A stretch of 64,000 nucleotides of DNA, from NCBI RefSeq assembly GCF_964204645.1, contig NC_134025.1, positions 29,182,299 through 29,246,298 on the forward strand, in the 5' to 3' direction. The notes below the pieces were generated by a model. It worked only from the letters and a program-made list of their open reading frames with translations, was not told the origin of the DNA and ran no database searches. This DNA is from Tubulanus polymorphus. Its lineage: Eukaryota; Animalia; Nemertea. Shown in pieces: positions 28,401-44,351 of the stretch (the first letter of the stretch is position 1; each line of letters begins with the position of its first letter). The translations under genes and the position numbers were made by a program.

Positions 28401-31400
28401 GATTTTAGTTATTACGTTTTTGGCCTATGAAATATTGATTTGATATACAGAAGTGTAAAAGGTATTACCCCCATTGCTTAATGATTAATCTGACTGTTAT
28501 CTTTCATATTTCAATGAAATATGTTCGAAATATTTCATCCCTTTCCATAGGTCGGCAGCCCTGTATGTGTGTCTCAGTTCTTCCTTCATTTATCTTGTCC
28601 ACTATCATTAGTATTTCTAATGGTCAGAAGTTGATGTTGGACGAGGTGGAATTGAAGCATGAAGTCTTTCAGTAGGCCTACATTATCAGGGGCTTAAGCA
28701 TTTTTTTCCTTATATCATTAATGTGGATTTCATGCTTCTGTTCTCCTATTAACATCAACTTGTGCTCTCATGTATTTTGTTTATTAAGTTTCGTGTCTTT
28801 GTTTCAGTTAACACTCATTCTTGAACCTGATGCTAATATACCAGTCTTCATCTTTGCAATTAACATCATTTCAAATAATCCTTTCTAATTCTTTTGTTAC
28901 TCAGGTTTTTGTAAGTAATCACATGTATCATGATTGGATGAATCACTTTTTAACATTTCTTCGTTTCAAGTTCCTTTATATTATCACCAATTTCACATTT
29001 CTAGATTAAATCATAATTGACTTTTGGGATGGTGAAATCTGCTTTTTTCCTTCAAAGAAATATATTTTTTATGATGATATGATATCGAATCTATTGATTC
29101 AGCTATATATTTGTGAAGTAAATATTTTTTTTTATGATCGCCAGTAGGCCTAGATTTAAATGATATGTTTAAATATCTCCTCAGTATATCCTTGGTGGCA
29201 TTCAACTATGTGGAACGGTACCTGTAAGTTGCTTGATTCATTAAAAACCGAGAAAAGCATCTTTCACATTCGGCTTTGTTTGAAGAATTATATACTTTTA
29301 TGATATATACTCTTACTATCTGTAATTAGTAGAAAGGCTTCATTACCAATGGATAACAAAAGAAATCCATTGCGAGAAATGGCCATGTTTGAAGTACACA
29401 GATACCTGATTTTCACTGCTTATTGCCGATGCTTAGTATATTTTAGTTGAGCCTATTCTGTGCTAAGAATTCATTCTGTGAATACAATTCTATCCACTAA
29501 CTTCACAACAATCATCTATCTACATGCACCGTTAATGTGTTACTGGTAGTTATTACAAAGATAATAGTGCATTTGAGAAGATGAACGTTATTCATTAGAA
29601 AACGATTGATTTTCATGTTTCATGTTGACACCGAAGGTTTTCTCTACAGTAACTCAGGTATCTCATCCACAAGCTCAAAGTACTGATGAAACGGATGGTC
29701 ATCTGATGCGGTCAGAAAAAAGAGTACCTTCGATGAAACAGCTTTTTTCCAATTTCTTGACTGGTGCTTCATACAAACTTCTACAACCGCCTTTGTAAGT
29801 CTTCTGATCCTGAGGTAAATCTAGTGCCTCCACATTCAGATATTGTACGCTGATATTCTACTTGCAGCGGTCCGGAGGAGCATCATCTGATTCCTGGTGG
29901 CAGAAGAAGTCTTCCAATTGTTGTATATGACCAAGAACCTAGTTCGATAATTGCTTTTGCTCTCAGGTACTCATTTTCAAGAACAGTGAAATATATCTCT
30001 GGTTGATTTTTCATAGACAAATCACTGTCTGACTCGGAAAAAAACTATAAGGATTTCGACATTTCAGCTCAGACCTTCGAGCCATTTTTTCTTTTTGAAA
30101 AAGTGCTAATAGATTTGAGTCGAAACGTCAGAATCATTACAGTGCCAAAATCCTTACTGCGTTTTATGATATGATTTCAGTTCACATGAATACGAAGTTG
30201 CGCTTCAAGAACTCAAACAGAATCTATACAGTAGTTGTAGTAAAAGCGCTTCTGATTCGGGTACAAATAGTCCAGCTCTGAGTAGAAGAGGAGGTAATAG
30301 TCCAGCGGTTAGTCGACGAGCTACAGACTCAGAAATTAATGAAAATGCCCGTACGTATTCGAAGCAGTTTGTTTTAAGGTCTGTTTCACAGAGTACGTTC
30401 CGTATATATTTGATATTATCTCATGCTTATCTTTTGCAGCTTCGCAAATGAAAAAAACCACAGCTGTCCTGTCGTTTTTCCGCGTGAACAGCACGACTAA
30501 AGATCGAGAACAAAGTCCCGTAAGAACAACTTCAGGAAAACCGACGCCCTCTGAACCAGCGGATACTGTGAAATATATAAAAAAATTAGACAGAGATAGC
30601 GTCGAACTAGATGACAATACCGGTGAATAGATTCATTATGATTAGAGAATTTTGTGTTTGTGATGAATTGAATAATCATTAATGGATTTATATTTTTCAG
30701 ATGAGCCCGATTTCATGTTTTACAGTGATATGGATAGAAACAAAGGACCTAGTTCACACGTTGAAGTTCGTAAGTATGATGATGAATAATTGCAGTACAG
30801 GTGTATTTTTCATTCGTATGCGCTCATACTCAGCCTGCTGTCATTCCAGAGTTCTGTGATAATATCTCCAAGTTTTTCTGTCGTGTCTATTATGCTGAAC
30901 AGTTTAGGCAGTTAAGAAAACTTGTATTTCCATATGGTGAGGAAAGGTAAAGGAAATTTGAATCAGTCTCACTCGAAGAAATTCATTAATCAATTCGAAA
31001 ATGGGCACATGGTCACAGCAACTATATCGCATCCCTTTCGGCAGGAATTTGAACTTGGTGGCATTGCGAGACTCTGCCACAGCTCGAATCCCTGCCTGAT
31101 TAAGCCTGAGTGTGCATGTGCATGCTAATCAGGTAGGGTTTTGTGCCCTGGCAGTCTGCTATGCCGAGGAAGGATGCTATATCAGTTAAATCTGAGGAGG
31201 CGCGTGAAAAGAAAAGGTTCCTTTGTTTCTAGGTATATTCGCTCACTTTCAAGATGTATACACTGGATGGCCAGAGGTGGAAAATCTGGTTCTGCTTTCT
31301 GCAAAACGAAAGGTAGTAATAAGGAATAGCAAAATATCACATATAGGAGTTTACTGAATTTATTCTCAAATACTGTTTGATTTTTAGATAATCGATTCGT

Positions 31401-33100
31401 TCTGAAACAAATGTCACGCCTAGAGATGCAATCATTCGTTGAATTTGCTCCCCACTATTTTCAATACATAACAAAAGCCTACAGCGATCAGGTAGGTTTG
31501 AGTGCACTGTTTTGCGAAAACACAAAAATCAGTATCGTGGAAATGATAACATATCATATTTTTCAGCAACCGACTGTTCTAGCGAAAATATTGGGAGTCT
31601 ATAGAGTTGGTTACAGAAATTCACAAACGGCTTCGGCTTCCAAACAAGACTTACTTGTGATTGAAAATCTTTTCTATGGACGTAAAGTCTCTCAAGTAAG
31701 TGTAAAATTCATCGTTTACTCCTAACTATACATGCGTAAAAGACTGTATCTAAATTCTAAGCGATTTCTTTTTAACATCGTTTTTGTAGGTATTTGATTT
31801 AAAAGGTTCGATGAGAAACCGACTTGTAAATACAGCTGGAAAACGAGAAGAGGAATTGGTGCTATTAGATGAAAATCTTCTTAAGCGTAAGTTTAACCCT
31901 TTCAGTGCGTCTACACCGCAGTGCAGTGTATAAATCAGTGATAGATTTTGCTAGTACACCGCACTGTGGTGTACTGATGTAATTAGTAATTAGTTTCTCT
32001 TGAAAAATGGCAGCACCTGTCAAACATAGTGAAATATTAGTAACTAACGATACATCGCGCCAGGGTGTAGAGGCACTATAGTGGTATTCCCGTTATTCAA
32101 CACACTAGGGTGGAATTTTTAAAAATTTTCAAATAATCTCCAGCACTATAGGGTATTAATCAGTCAGCACTGAAAGGGTTAATTATTCTCGACGTTTGCG
32201 GAAACGTTCTTTATTCTTGGAATTCTTAATGTATCGTTTTTTGCATTTCGATTTCAGTGACTGTTGACAATCCTTTGTATATTCGTCCACATTCGAAAAC
32301 TGTGCTTACTCTGGCGATAACGAGTGATACTCATTTTCTGTCTAGTCATTTTGTCATGGATTACTCGCTGCTCGTCGGATTGGATGAAGTCAATAAAGAA
32401 CTCGTAGTTGGTATCATCGGTAAGTGCGATGAAATGTGTGAATTTGTGGTACTTCATACATGGGTTGATTTCAAATCCTTTCAAATCAGGCTTCATAGTT
32501 CGGCTCTGCTCTGAAGGCCTCAAGTATAACGTTTTATACTGCTGAAATGGCCTGGGAATCTTATGGCATTTTAGGTTGTATAAGGCCCACTTCCATGAAC
32601 ATTTTGGTACCCCTGTGCTTGCAGGGACAGATCTAGATCCGGGGGTTAAGCCCCTGCCTTCCTATTGAATTTGCCCTGCTAGTCATGACAGGTCGTGAAA
32701 ACCTGCAAATTTGACACTCCTCAAACTTTTTAGATTTGGATTCACTTTGCATTTTCGTAAGTACACCCCTAACTTATTATACATGTCAATTTATACCCAA
32801 GTGTATATTTGCAGACTATATACGGACATTTACATGGGACAAGAAACTGGAGATGGTCGTCAAATCAACTGGTATTTTAGGAGGACAAGGTAAAATACCA
32901 CTTTCGTTAATATGATCAGAGTTTGTTGTATTTGATGACACTATTGATGATAAGGTTCTTCAAATGTTCTTCATTCAGGTAAAATGCCGACGGTTGTTTC
33001 ACCGGAATTGTACCGTAATCGATTTCTCGAAGCAATGGAACGCTATTTCTTACTGGTGCCCGATCGTTGGAGCGGACTTGGATACAACGTCGACAGTTAG
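13468..33100 (+). CDS. PIKFYVE: 1-phosphatidylinositol-3-phosphate 5-kinase PIKfyve/Fab1 (many exons)
   Basis: FYVE (WMPDDNCKECFEC...RRRHHCRICGQIFCSRCC, LRVCTYC), DEP-like exons (16421-17296), CCT/TCP1-like domain (MDIRQYVQVKK, PDILLVEKTVS, KTLMFFDGC), CCR region (SFAKYLELRF), and PIP kinase domain (ARGGKSGSAFCKT, FDLKGSMRNR, MDYSLLVGLD, DYIRTFTWDKKLE, PTVVSPELYRNRF). Stop TAG 33098-33100. The start codon is inferred. Confidence 0.96.
16748..17045. mobile_element. Non-autonomous TIR element with CAG...CTG ends (hAT-like MITE)
   Basis: Ends CAGGCGCGGATCT / GGATCCGCCTCTG, flanked by direct GGATT, with internal GTGCTACCC motifs. Related to the element at 44352. Confidence 0.6.
18906..19007. repeat. 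17-bp minisatellite (AGTACTGTGTAATACTA) x6
   Basis: Five perfect copies plus one degenerate copy, within a PIKfyve intron. Confidence 0.92.
20990..21256 (+). mobile_element. piggyBac-like MITE, copy 1
   Basis: TTAA on both sides; TIR CCCTTTCAGTGCG / CGCACTGAAAGGG. Confidence 0.88.
22595..22848 (+). mobile_element. piggyBac-like MITE, copy 2 (left TIR eroded, small internal deletion)
   Basis: Same internal sequence as copy 1; TTAA flanks; right TIR intact. Confidence 0.82.
22981..23043. mobile_element. Collapsed copy of the CATCC...GGATG foldback (MULE-like) family
   Basis: CATCTCCCCTCAGCAGGAATTCAAACCTGGTGGCATCG resembles the left arm of the element at 33947, followed by inverted CCCTGCTGAGGG. 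Confidence 0.55.
24740..24943. mobile_element. Small TIR element CAGGGTGGCCAC...GTGGCCATGCTG
   Basis: Imperfect 12-bp terminal inverted repeats with internal TCAGGGA motifs; no clear TSD. Confidence 0.5.
31030..31176. mobile_element. MULE-like foldback MITE, internally deleted copy
   Basis: CATCCC...GGATG ends; flanks CTATATCG / CTATATCAG (degenerate TSD); arm similar to the element at 33947. Confidence 0.6.
31897..32178 (-). mobile_element. piggyBac-like MITE, copy 3, inverted relative to copies 1 and 2
   Basis: TTAA flanks at 31893-31896 and 32179-32182; same TIRs; reverse complement of the copy 1 body; sits directly after the GTAAGT donor. Confidence 0.88.
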
Positions 33101-33946
33101 AATTTCTTACAAGATAAAGGAATACAACGTTTTCATGTGCAATCAGAGTATAATAAACACTTCTAGTTTAGAGAAAAACCTGCATGAATACTATTATAGT
33201 GTGCACTGCTTGTCAGGAAATACATCAATATACTAGAAAATTCTCTCATAACACATCTGATAATTAGAATTGATCGCTGAACGCAGGGAGGTGTTACTGC
33301 TTGTACATTCCATCTCACTCACTGCATTCCATTTACTGCCTTTCATTGTAGTACGCAATATAATTGTTATCCCTTGTCAGCTAGTAATGGAACTCATTTA
33401 CAGAAGACCTGTCGAAATGAATAGATAAGATATCCCGGTCAAATGTGCCAAATAATTTTTGCTGCTCTCAGTAATCCGGTTAATCCTTGATGTAATTAGG
33501 CTGATAATACTCCAAGGTTTATAGTTCACTGCTCGTGGCGTATTCATGTAACATGGGTCTACATAAACCCATATTGAATTCAAAGAACAATGTGGGCAGC
33601 ACGGGTCAACACGGATTTCTAATTCATTTGAGTGCTATTTGTGATTTAGTTTTTTCAGTAAATTTTTTAAGCTAGGTCACGCCGTTCGTTTATCTGCTCA
33701 TAATGAATGCTAGAAGTATCGAAATCTCACTGTCCACTGTCATAAATTCGGCAAATTATTTTCTATTTTTAAATCAAAAACGTAAGATAAAACAGATCAC
33801 GTTATGTCACCGCGTCAATGTCTGTGGATGATTTGTTGTGTATATGCAATCGAATATGAAATAAAGATCAAAGATCGAACTATGTGTAAAAAATGTATGT
33901 GTTGCTGTAGACTGACAGTGTTATTCATTTATGGCCTGAAATACAT

Positions 33947-34284
33947 CATCCTCCCTCTGCAGGGACTCGAACCTGATGGCATCGCTACACTCAGCCACGG
34001 CACGAACCCCTGCATCAGTAGACCGGGTGCGCAGGTACATGCGCAGCTTTCCGAACGAAAACTGGCGGCACCAATCAGATTGCTCGTTGTATAATCGTTG
34101 AGGCAAATTTCAAGGAAGAACTATAAATGGGAAAACCCGGGCTAAAATAAAACGGGATTTCTGATTGGCTAAAAATCACATCATCTGAACTGCGCATGTA
34201 TCTGCGCACACGGTCGATTATGGCAGGTTTCGTGCCGTGGCAATCTCGATACCATCAGGTTCGAATCCCTGCCGGGGAAGGATG
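33947..34284. mobile_element. Mutator (MULE)-like MITE with ~100-bp imperfect TIRs and 9-bp TSD
   Basis: Exact direct repeat GAAATACAT at 33938-33946 and 34285-34293; arms CATCCTCCCTCTGCAGGGACTCGAACCTGATGG... / ...CCATCAGGTTCGAATCCCTGCCGGGGAAGGATG. Confidence 0.85.
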
Positions 34285-34642
34285 GAAATACATGTATTCA
34301 ATTGGCACTGACTGTACGTGTATGAGAGGGCGTTCTGTTCTTTTCTACAGTTACTGCTTTTTGCACTTGCGCGCGTCCTCATCAGTTAAATCCATGATCG
34401 CCATTATGAATGGAAAATCTTCAGAATATTTAATCAACGCTATAACTCTCGTCAAATTGATCATACAAGTCGTTTTTATTTTCGATTTATACAGGTAAAT
34501 TTCAAAGAGTTCCTGAATCAATCGAGCACGTTCTGGTTGGCTGTCCAAACGCTCCACACACAACCTTAAAGGAAATATAGCAGCATTTATGGCACCGAGG
34601 ATTTGTGTAGGTTTAATAATTACCAGCGTACAAAACTCTCAC

Positions 34643-35050
34643 CTAGTACTCCTGTGAATTAACATCTTCTTCTGTTCTTTTCTTTGCACTTTTCCTCGGT
34701 AGTAACTGCGTGAGGATATTCGGTAGAACGCCTCCTTGAGCTACGGTCACCCCAGCCAGAAGTGTATTCAATTCTTCATCATTTCGAATGGCGAGTTGTA
34801 TATGTCTCGGAATTATTGTCTTCTTTTTGTTGTCCCTCGCGGCATTGCCGGATAACTCTAAAACCTCGGCAACCAGATACTCGAGTACAGCTGCCAGATA
34901 GACGGGTGCCCCAATACCGACTCGATCGGCGTATCGACCCTTTCTCAAATGGCGATGTACCCTTCCAACTGGAAATGTTAATCCAGCCCTTTTAGACCTA
35001 GTCACTCCTTTTGTTTTAATCTTTCCGCCTTTGCCCCCGCGACCTGACAT
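34643..35050 (-). CDS. H2AX: Histone H2A variant, H2A.X type (135 aa, intronless)
   Basis: [10 protein letters not shown]...[13 protein letters not shown]...[13 protein letters not shown]...IRNDEELN...QGGVLPNI, ending in SQEY. True ATG is at 35050; the ORF track start lies upstream. Confidence 0.9.
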   Translation of the reverse strand: MSGRGGKGGKIKTKGVTRSKRAGLTFPVGRVHRHLRKGRYADRVGIGAPVYLAAVLEYLVAEVLELSGNAARDNKKKTIIPRHIQLAIRNDEELNTLLAGVTVAQGGVLPNILTQLLPRKSAKKRTEEDVNSQEY

Positions 35051-36897
35051 GATGAAGTAGCCTGCTGGGTGTCTCTGTACAGGTTTCACAAGTTATGAAG
35101 TTTCACGACACGAACGCTTGACTCGTTGACTCGCTTGGTCAAATTCATTGATAACTTTGAACGTCATTTTAAGGTATTCTGAGCGATAACACAATTGAGG
35201 TGCTCTATCTAGCTGGTCTTCAATATCGTTGGACACGTGGCATGTATTCAAGGAGCCATACATTTAATCCTGTAGCTACATGCAACGATCCGGTCAGTGT
35301 GTCCATGTTTCAGTTGTAGTGTTAGTATAGTTAAGATTCCTGTTAGAGTCTCCATCAGTTCCTTCTTGAATTCCAACCCTGATGCCACACGGTCTATGGA
35401 TGAAGAAGGGTTGGGGGATGCATACTAATTTTAGTCGTTTCGTTGCCTTATGTATTCCCACTAAAGAGGCTTGCCCGCCAAAATGATATCCGCCACTTTC
35501 AATTGGTGAGACTTAACGAAAAAAGGGAAACGCTTTTCAGCACCGTGCAGAAAAAGTAGATGAAAAATGCGGCACCTAAATGATGAAACGCGCTACTGTG
35601 GCCCCGGGGTACCCGGTGTAGGTCTACAACCAAAATTAAAATAATTCTTTAATCATTTCTATCTAAAAATTGCTTCTAAGCCTGTAGTAAGAGAATCGTT
35701 TCATTAAATCAAGATTACTAGTTTTAATGGAATTGACGATTGGAAACAATCGCCCGCCTCACTATTAAATAGTCAAATCTTTACCCATGTGTAACGATAG
35801 CGGGAGAAACGTGAACTAGCATAATACTCGCTTGCCAAAGTCTTTGAACGACCGAAGTGGACCAACTATTTACCGATTATGGAAGTCGCGGGTTTCGAAA
35901 TTCTATAACAGCTCTGAATCCGGTACTCGACTGAAAATTTTCTATAAAAGAATTAGTTTGAAATGAGTAAATTTGTATTTTTGTTGGTGAAAGGGCAAAC
36001 TGGTGTTTTATTCTACAACATTATTTTATTGCAAGAATTTATCATCGTGGACATTTTTTCATTTCTACTCTTTAGAAGTAAAGCGTGCCGTTGTTGTTCG
36101 TAATTTATACTCCGACTCTTTATCAACCAATCACATGTACATGTATTATCAAGTCCCGTGGAAAGATAATACTTCCGAGTAAGCGAATGTAAAGAACACG
36201 AGGGCTGATTTCTGATGAAAATTTCACAATTCATAATTGCTCACCAACAAGAGTTGTGCATGCACCTGTTGCGTTGAAATGATTATTGATTAGTTAGTTG
36301 CTAATCAATCATAATCAGTTCAAACTAGTTTGGGGCAGAACAGCAGATCATCTGCTTTCGTGCTTTCATTATGCGATTTTAGTCTTAATCGGTATAAAGG
36401 CAACAGCCTACGCAACACCCGGCGTATTTGATGACGATTATTTGACAGATGTCTTAATCAAACGCTTGAATGCGAAGTTTGACTGAAATTTCTATTGAAA
36501 CGGATATGGTTTTATCAACATATGCTACGAGTGGGAGCGATATGAGAGCCTCGCGCAACGCAACGTTTTGACAAAATATCTTATATTTTCTTTCCGTATG
36601 CGACGCTATGTGGGTTTTTGAAATTTCAGAAGAGACAAGTGAACAACGATCACTGATTACAGAAGAGATAGCAGTGAACAACGTTACGGTATCCATTTGA
36701 AATTACAAGATTTTTTTATTAATCATAAAAATTACAAGGTTTTTTTTTATCAATTGTAGAAATAAAGCTTAATTACGCGCACGCTACGCGTATCAATTGT
36801 GTCGACCTGACACCGGTATTCAACATAAAGGCATTAAATGCAACGTTCTTCACTGCAGGTTGTCTTAGTCACGATGCAAACTCAGGACTTAATGAAT

Positions 36898-39809
<2,912 letters not shown>

Positions 39810-40410
39810 AATTGCTTAAGTGAAGATGTTGTGGTTTGTGGTTGCTTCGATGGAAGTCGATTGCGCGGACTCTTGTGACTGTGTTTTCGCAGTGAATAGT
39901 GTTGCAGCACGTGTTGCGCCAACTAGCGCTTTTTTAAACCGAGGCTTCAGTTGGCGCAATCAATCAGTCCGATCTGGGTCGAATCCCACAAACTGCATTC
40001 ACGCTGGAATCGCAGTAAGTTTAAGTGTGTTTATTCATCATAATCAAATGAGTATGATACATTTTTGTACAGGCAAATATTATTGTACAATTTTTTTCCA
40101 CCTGCAATGCGAGAGGAAACAGAAATCTATGTTTTTTTACGCGGCCAAAACTCTGTCAAAAATGTATTTTTGTTCCCGCCCGAAGTAACTGCTTCTTAAC
40201 ATGTTTGTCCTTATTTGACATGCATCGAAAATGTAAAATGAAGATAGAGACCGGTAACCAGTCTCTAATCTCAGTCTAACCAGTCTGTTCGGGGCGGTAC
40301 CCACAGTCTACAGCGCCATACGTTCTCGAGATCACCAACACGGAAATTATCGGCACCGGGTTTTTACTCAGACTCATCTGTCAAAATTAGGTTTTGCGTT
40401 CTTATTGACG
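39810..40410. promoter_or_regulatory. Probable bidirectional promoter between calmodulin and GGPS1
   Basis: Divergent start codons are only ~600 bp apart. Inferred from geometry alone. Confidence 0.5.
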
Positions 40411-43341
40411 ATGGATAACAATTCAGAACGTGAGTGAGATTTTCTCATGTCCTGTTAGCCAGTACCAGCTCGATTATGAGGCCATCCCTTGAAATTCAAT
40501 AAACTCAGCAGCCGTCTGTATGTCAGAAAACATTTCGTCAATTATCAGCAATCAACAGCCAGTTGAACAACAGGCAACACATTTTCGTGCCCGTGCCCGT
40601 GGGATGGGACTGGGCGAACTAACAAACTAACTGCTTGAATAGTTAAACCGAAGAAGTTTTAAAGACAAACTGGTCAAACTATGGGCAGCCAGACAATACA
40701 TCTAATAATATAAGTCGTAACCACCAAAAATTGAATCTGATTGGATTCAATAATACTAGTGAATTGATTGAATAGAAAAAGAATGTAGGCTAGTGGGACA
40801 TACGAAAAGGCTACCGAAATAGCCTTGTACTGAGTGGCAAACATAATAGTATGAATGATGGTGATGATAAAGCCATACCCAATTTTATTCATTTCAATGA
40901 TATGCCACATGAGAGAAGTGTCACTTCATTCGGCTTGGACTTGATTTTTCTCTCCTGACTCCTTATTTTTCTGTCCATTTCAAAGTTTCCAACTCTTGTT
41001 TTAAACAAAACCTGCATTCATCAACGGTCAACTGCTGTTATGCGGGACCGGAAAATCTGCAAGAAGATCGGGAAAAGGAAGGTTTATCTCAAGAAAAAGT
41101 AGGTAATTCTTCTTATTGGTGACTGTGCATTCTAATATTGTAAATATCTGTAAATTCTTATATGGCGACCCTTTTTCATTCTTAGATTCTCCTTCAACCA
41201 TACGAATATATCCTGCAAGTTCCGGGCAAACATGTTCGCACCAAACTTTCCAAGGTAAGGAATCAATTTGAATTGCCTGAAATTTAGAAATCAATTGGAT
41301 CTTTATCTGAACTCAGAATTTATCATCTAGTATCTTGAACTTCTTGTAGGCTTTCAATCAATGGTTGAAAATTAGTGATGAAAAGTTGGAAAATGTTATG
41401 GCTGTTACACAAATGCTTCACAATGCAAGTCTGTTGTAAGTCATCATCATGTTTGCAAATTCTGAATTAAAAAATGAGTGTTTCTGATCTTTTTAAATAC
41501 ATTCATGTGATATCTTTCAAGGATTGATGATATCGAAGATAATTCTATATTAAGAAGAGGGATTCCTGGTAAGTTTAATTGTTGAGGGAAACTGACAATG
41601 AAATTATTGAAAATGGGTTGATTTTATCGTCAGTGCTTGATTTAGTCAGCAGTTTATTTATCGTCCATTCTATAAATATCCAATGCATGAACTCACTATA
41701 CATATATTATGTAACAGGTTCGCTGACATGAGTTTTAATGAATTCATTACTGTGTAATTGCAGTTGCCCATAATATTTATGGTGTTGCTCAGACGATCAA
41801 TTCAGCCAATTATGTCTACTTCTTGGGACTTCAAAAAGTGCTCAGTCTCGGACACCCAGACGCGACTACCGTATTCACAGGTAAACATGCATTTAAAACA
41901 TACTGATAGATATCCGTCTTGATTAGTTACTATGAAATGAATTCATGAATCAGTTTTGTAAAAACCTTGCTATAATGTAGCTGATGAAATTCCAAAGGGG
42001 CTGTTTATTAAGTATGAACTGTAAATAAGATTTTAATGATTTCCCCCAATTTTTTACTCTCGTGGTCCCTGTCCTATTGATGCATACCTGTTGGCACTTA
42101 AGTCCTAATCAAAAATTGTAAACCTCACAAACTCGACTCTAATGAAGACTGAGTAAGTTGCATATTTGATTTTCATGTATGTTTTTATGAGACCAGTTCA
42201 AGTATTAAAGGCTGACAAAATGTTTACATTTAAGAACAGTTGATAGAATTGCACCGTGGTCAGGGTATGGATATCTATTGGAGAGACTCGTATAGCTGCC
42301 CGACTGAGGAAGAGTACAAAGAAATGGTTATAAGAAGTGCGTAAGAGATCTTGATTTTGTTGTTCTCTATTTAGAGTTATGGCATCATTCATCTCGAAAT
42401 ATTGCTGTTTTTTTTTTTCACAGAAACTGGAGGATTGTTTGGATTAGCTGTGCGTCTTATGCAATTATTTAGCGAAAATAAAAGGTAATGGAATCACTTT
42501 AATGTACTTTCTATCAATTTCATCTTTTTCGAAATAAGGAAAATACAGGAAAAAATGCTTTATTTTTTTTCAGTAATTTTAAACCCCTTTTAGACAACTT
42601 GGGGTTGTATTTCCAGATACGAGATGATTATGCCAATCTTTGTTCGAAAGAGGTTGGTTGAATATTCACTTATTTTTTCTATTTACCCTGATGAAGGATA
42701 CAGTAACTTCAGCCTCAAATATTCTTTCAATTCATTGTTGAATAACAGTAAGACGTTACACCGACGATTTGCTTGATTCTGACCTGAAGGAAAATAATTC
42801 CTATGCGTGCCTCATTTATCTCCTTAAAGAGCCGTTCATTTTGCTCGGCTCCAAGCCCTTCCCCATGTATGTATGAGCAGTGAAACATAACGAGAAGTGG
42901 TAAATTTTTGTCATACATTCATCAATCATTCATCTTTGATTTCAACTCAATTTTCAGTACGAGTCGAATAAAAGCTACTGCGAAGACTTGACCGAAGGAA
43001 AGTTCTCATTTCCACTCGTTTGTGGAATTCGTAGGGAAACGCAAAGCAATCAAATCATGAATATACTTCGACAGAGAACCAATGACAAAGATGTGAAAAA
43101 ATATTGCGTCACATTACTTGAAAAGTTGGGAGTATTCGAGTATACTAAAACAATACTTATTGAATTAGAAGAGAGGTAAATTTCTTGAAGTTACATCTGG
43201 TTCAACTGTAACCGCTGTATGTACTTGTATCTATGTTTTATATTTTTCAGGATTATTGGACAAATTGCCGATCATGGAGGAAATGTCTATTTGAATAATT
43301 TGATTACTGAATTAAAGAAATTATACCGAGACAGAAGCTGA
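40411..43341 (+). CDS. GGPS1: Geranylgeranyl pyrophosphate synthase (multi-exon)
   Basis: [41 protein letters not shown] (FARM), [46 protein letters not shown] (SARM), [11 protein letters not shown]. Stop TGA 43339-43341. The first two small exons are inferred from splice phase. Confidence 0.95.
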
Positions 43342-43686
43342 TTGTAATAAAAATGAAAAATGTACGTCGTTTTATAGGTGCATTGATTGATTATGTCCAT
43401 TAGGGTATGATTTTTTTTTTAAATCCTGCTGTAGTCAACTTTTCTCGACTTCTCCAAAATTCAAATCAGTCACATCACAAGAACATTTGAATATACCGGG
43501 GTATACTGCGTGTTTGAATACAAGGAGTCCCAACGTGTGTAACACGCATATCAGCGCTGATAAGAATCTATGTCTAATGTGTACCGGTATATGCGTTAAC
43601 GAAATAAATATGTGTACATAAAATATAATCAAATTTTTCTAAATTGATTCAATCTTGGATATTGGGGTAGTGAAAAAAAAAATGTT

Positions 43687-43857
43687 CAGTGGAACTTCGT
43701 TACAGCGAACTCGGATACAACGATTCATCGGATATAACAAATATAGTATTTTGTCCCAAGTAAGACAATTTGATTAATTTCAACTATAATATATAATTAT
43801 CAGTTACACCGAACACATTTCCGGCCCCGAGAAGTTCGCCGGAACGAGGTTCCACTG
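43687..43857. mobile_element. Tc1/mariner (pogo/Tigger-like) MITE
   Basis: TIR CAGTGGAACTTCGTTACAGCGAACT vs AGTTCGCCGGAACGAGGTTCCACTG followed by TA; left flank reads TT. Confidence 0.7.
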
Positions 43858-44351
43858 TAGAAGCTTCCAAGTGATGGCATTTCTACTGCGCGTTAAGCAA
43901 TATGATTATGCTGCCAGGCCTACCCGACCCCTCTCGGACATCCCCCAATCTTCGATCATCCAGACATCAATCACATTAGAAACGAATCCCGCTTAACTGT
44001 GGCTACAATAATGATTTTTTTACAGCAGGAGAAAATGTTAGAATGATACTTTTATGTCTTATTATATTAGCCTGTATCTTAATTCATTCAACATTGTCGC
44101 CTTAGCTTAAGAGTTTGTTAGAGCTTGTTACTCCAAGATTTAGAGTTCACCGGTGAATTCCAATTTCAATTGAATTCACAAGAATTAAACATGGTTTAGA
44201 AATATTCACAAACAAAACAAAAAATAAAATGGATAAATTTCATAGTGGCAATTGAAATTGCGATTTAACCACGTCGTTCGCTCACCAGTTATCTTCAGCA
44301 AACTTTTGAGCAAATACACCCTTCCCCCAACGACCTGGTTACGCCCGTAAG

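Noticed and set aside
34240-34285. tRNA gene suggested by GGTTCGAATCCC
   Set aside because: No cloverleaf or A-box apparent; the motif is part of a MITE TIR mirrored at ~33962-33973.
35780-36700. Possible small spliced + strand gene between H2A.X and calmodulin
   Set aside because: Some AG/GT-bounded open segments exist, but there is no convincing start, coherent model or recognisable motif.
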